From the NCBI GenBank assembly GCA_035084275.1, contig CM068761.1, forward strand, positions 3,534,001-3,598,000: a DNA stretch of 64,000 nt. Reading direction: 5' to 3'. The notes under the pieces were generated by a model. The model saw nothing but the letters and a program-made list of their open reading frames with translations, was not told where the DNA came from and did no database searches. Within the stretch, counting starts at the first letter, position 1. Each line of letters opens with the position of its first letter. Of this stretch, positions 61,173-64,000 are shown piece by piece. The DNA is from Hydrolagus colliei. Taxonomy: Eukaryota. The translations under genes and the position numbers were made by a program.

Positions 61173-63753
61173 CTACTTGCATATTAAGCTTGAATATAAA
61201 ACGTGAGCTACACCAGTGATCAGATTATGATTGACAAACTCTAGAATAAGAAGCAGAATGGGATATTCGCTCTGTCGTTTCCACAAGGCCGAATTATCAT
61301 CGAGCCCCATCCAGTTTAACAGCAAAACCTTCATAGCTTCAGGAAACAATTGATCCACGAGTTCTTCTGCAGGTGGTAAGTCTGTGATCCTGCTGATGTG
61401 TGTCGTTTTGAAATCCTCCACTTGACTGGTGATTGAGGCATTGGCAGCATAAAACTGATGGCCCAACCAACCGCTGACAGCATAAAGCATATGGCTATCA
61501 TAAATAGAATCTGCTCCTGGTTCACTGATTTCCGTTTTGACAGCCAAGTCTCGAACTTGGGACAGCAATTCCTGCACTGTTTCAACCAACCTCTGTACGG
61601 ATACAGTTTCACTTAACAACAGTTCTAAAAAATCAGTCAACAGTTCAATCACTTTCCTTTGCTCTTCAACGTGTGCAGGTAAATTTCTGACTGCTTCAGA
61701 AGCTGATTGGAGCCTTGCAGATAGAGAATTGTAACCCGTGGCCTCCAAACACGCTGAGTTATTTGGACAGGGTTCGCTCTCGTGCACGCAGTAGCTGTGG
61801 TCAGCTTCACACACAACTCTGCTACTGACAGCACACTCCAAAGATGAAGCAGTCGTCCGATTTCTGCTAATGGAAAGCACCTCGCAGTCGGAATAAGTGG
61901 CTTGAAACTCTGAAGGCAGTGCAGAAAAATCTTGCTTGCTTCCTGTTTCCATAAAGCAACTTCCAGGCTGTTCAGAGAAGTTTTGCAGGAACTTAATGTT
62001 GTACGTCTGGTTTAGAAGAGGATCGTTTATTCTGCCTTTCCACAAATCCTAGTACAGAGGGAAAAGTAATTGATGACAAATACTTGATACGATTTACCTT
62101 GTGGTATACTCAACCATCAGTAGTACTGTTAAACATTAAAATGACTAGCCTATTGTACACTTGCTGCAGTACCTTAAGAATGTCGAGGACCTCTAACTGT
62201 TGCTCTTTACTGTACATCTCGAAAGCTACTCGAAACAGTCCCTGAATGCTGTAAAACCACAAACTATTCACCGCATTTGGTACCTTCAGTCCTTCAAATC
62301 GTACAGCTGAAAACAAACAGTTTACAAGATTCAACATAAAATGTGACAGTCCTGAGAAACATGAATTAAAAAAAAGTGTAGCATTTCACATTTCCATTCT
62401 TGGTAGAAAAACGGCAGGTGCCAAGAAATGAAATCCTGGACCACAACAGCCATTGCTGGAACTGTGCTCAGAGAATTTAGGATTCCTTTGCACATCTGGC
62501 TATTTGCAGTGTCAATCCAGCCATTATCCTGGATAAGAGGGATGACCTATGAAAAACACCTAGATAATCTAGGGCTCAGAGAAGTCTCAGTGCAGACCTT
62601 ATAGACAGACATATGTACGATGCTAATTGAGTTACTGTAATTACCGTTGCTATTAGATACTTCAGGTCTTTTTACAACAAGAGGGCACAGATTGGTGGGG
62701 TATGAAGGGCAAGTTCAGGATAGACACAGGGTCTTGCCACCATTTAAGTTGGAAAGAAAGCATTTGAGTTTAGAATACTGAATGATGCCATTGCAAAAAA
62801 AAAAGGCAAATGGTTTGTATACAATGCAGCATATAGATGGAATTTGACCACAAAATATAGTCACTGCACTTTACAATAGATTCTGTGAAGCCTTAATGAG
62901 ACATCTCAACAGCATGTTAAGGTGTTATATCAAATGTAAGGATTATTTATTATCAATTAATTAATTTTATTAATTCATCCAATTTTAAGATCGAAAGGGT
63001 GTGCCTTCTCTGGATTACAATTTGCGCCTAGAAATTTCTACATCTTATTATGCTTGCAGAGGGAAACGAGAAAGGCAACTAGCAGAGGACAAATCTTGGG
63101 AGCGCTACCGTACCTGAATTGAAGCTCAACCTGGTTGCTAGCCCTTTCTTTGCAAACTTTGCGTGAATTCTTGGATGATTTTCAATCCGAATACCGGTTT
63201 TAGCAACAACGTCGGCCCCCAGGAAAAGGGGAGGCAGATTCTCCTAAAGGAGAGCGCGGAGAGGGAGACCAAACGCAGTATGTTAAGCAATATTACCAAC
63301 AGGGAGGAAGTAAACGAGACAACAAAAAATTACATATGTATAGCACCTTTCATGTCAACAATAATAACTTGCACTTATATAGTGTTCTCCACTCTGGATA
63401 GCGTCTCAGAGCTGATATGTCGGAAGATATCCCAAGGACAGTAAAGGACTTGCACTTGAGCCGAGGGTAGGAATCAGGAGGGGTTGAGCGAGGGTAGGAA
63501 GGGTGAGGATAGGTGAATGACCGAAGATGCGGTCAAAGAGAAAGGCCTTCCCTTTTTGGGGCTGTATTTATATTAGATATCCTTGCATTTTCTTACGGGC
63601 GGGATAACGTGAAGTTGCACGAACCTCCATTTGAATCTCCTCGCAGACTTTAATCGATTCGGGCGACCTCAGGAACAGGTATCTGAATGTGCGGTGCCCA
63701 ACGCTCCACTCAGGTAAACACACGGGAACTCCTTCACCTTCAGCAGATTCCAT
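61173..63753 (-). CDS. Uncharacterised protein (about 420 aa, 4 coding exons), convergent with RSRC2
   Basis: Strong Kozak aaccATGg at 63753 (MESAEGEGVPVCLPEW...). Exons 63625(or 63597)-63753, 63114-63243 (ENLPPLFLGADVVAKTGIRIENHPRIHAKFAKKGLATRLSFNS), 62173-62306 (AVRFEGLKVPNAVNSLWFYSIQGLFRVAFEM...) and 61173-62048 (291 codons ending ITGVAHVLYSSLICK*). Exons 2-4 have GT-AG ends with compatible phases. The exon 1 donor is ambiguous. Confidence 0.82.
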
Positions 63754-64000
63754 GGTTAGTTTGACAGTGCATCCACATCCCCCGAACCTGCAGAACTGCT
63801 CGGATGCCACGGTGAACCAGGAGCCAGTTTACCTCCAGCTTATACTTCGATCCAACGCTTCATTTAAACAGATAGCTGATAAGCAGAAGCTCACCGAGGA
63901 GCCGAGCGGCGAGATGGGACGATCCTTCCTGCTGCTTTTCACTTCAATTGAAAGGCCTTAAATTCCGGGCAGCATTTCCTACGTGCAACTGCAAGTCAAG

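Overview
Vertebrate genomic DNA, most likely a cartilaginous fish such as a chimaera (inferred from the repeat families and compact introns), with a 200-N gap at 10-209. It holds the conserved DENR / HCAR / KNTC1 / RSRC2 neighbourhood. DENR is on + (7 coding exons, one GC-AG intron). An intact HCAR1-like GPCR is on - (11171-12202), next to a decayed tandem-duplicate pseudogene of it. KNTC1/ROD is on - (62 coding exons traced by hand, last exon uncertain). RSRC2 is on +, with a poison exon, an expanded 14x heptad RS repeat and a probable extra cassette exon. An uncharacterised 4-exon gene of about 420 aa lies on -, convergent with RSRC2; its N-terminus resembles by eye a viral/phage Bro-N DNA-binding domain, and it is the best candidate for undescribed biology here. 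Introns are full of a tRNA-derived SINE, L2 and CR1 LINE 3' fragments and a Tigger-like MITE. All exon boundaries and homologies were read by eye against recalled human sequences; no searches were run.
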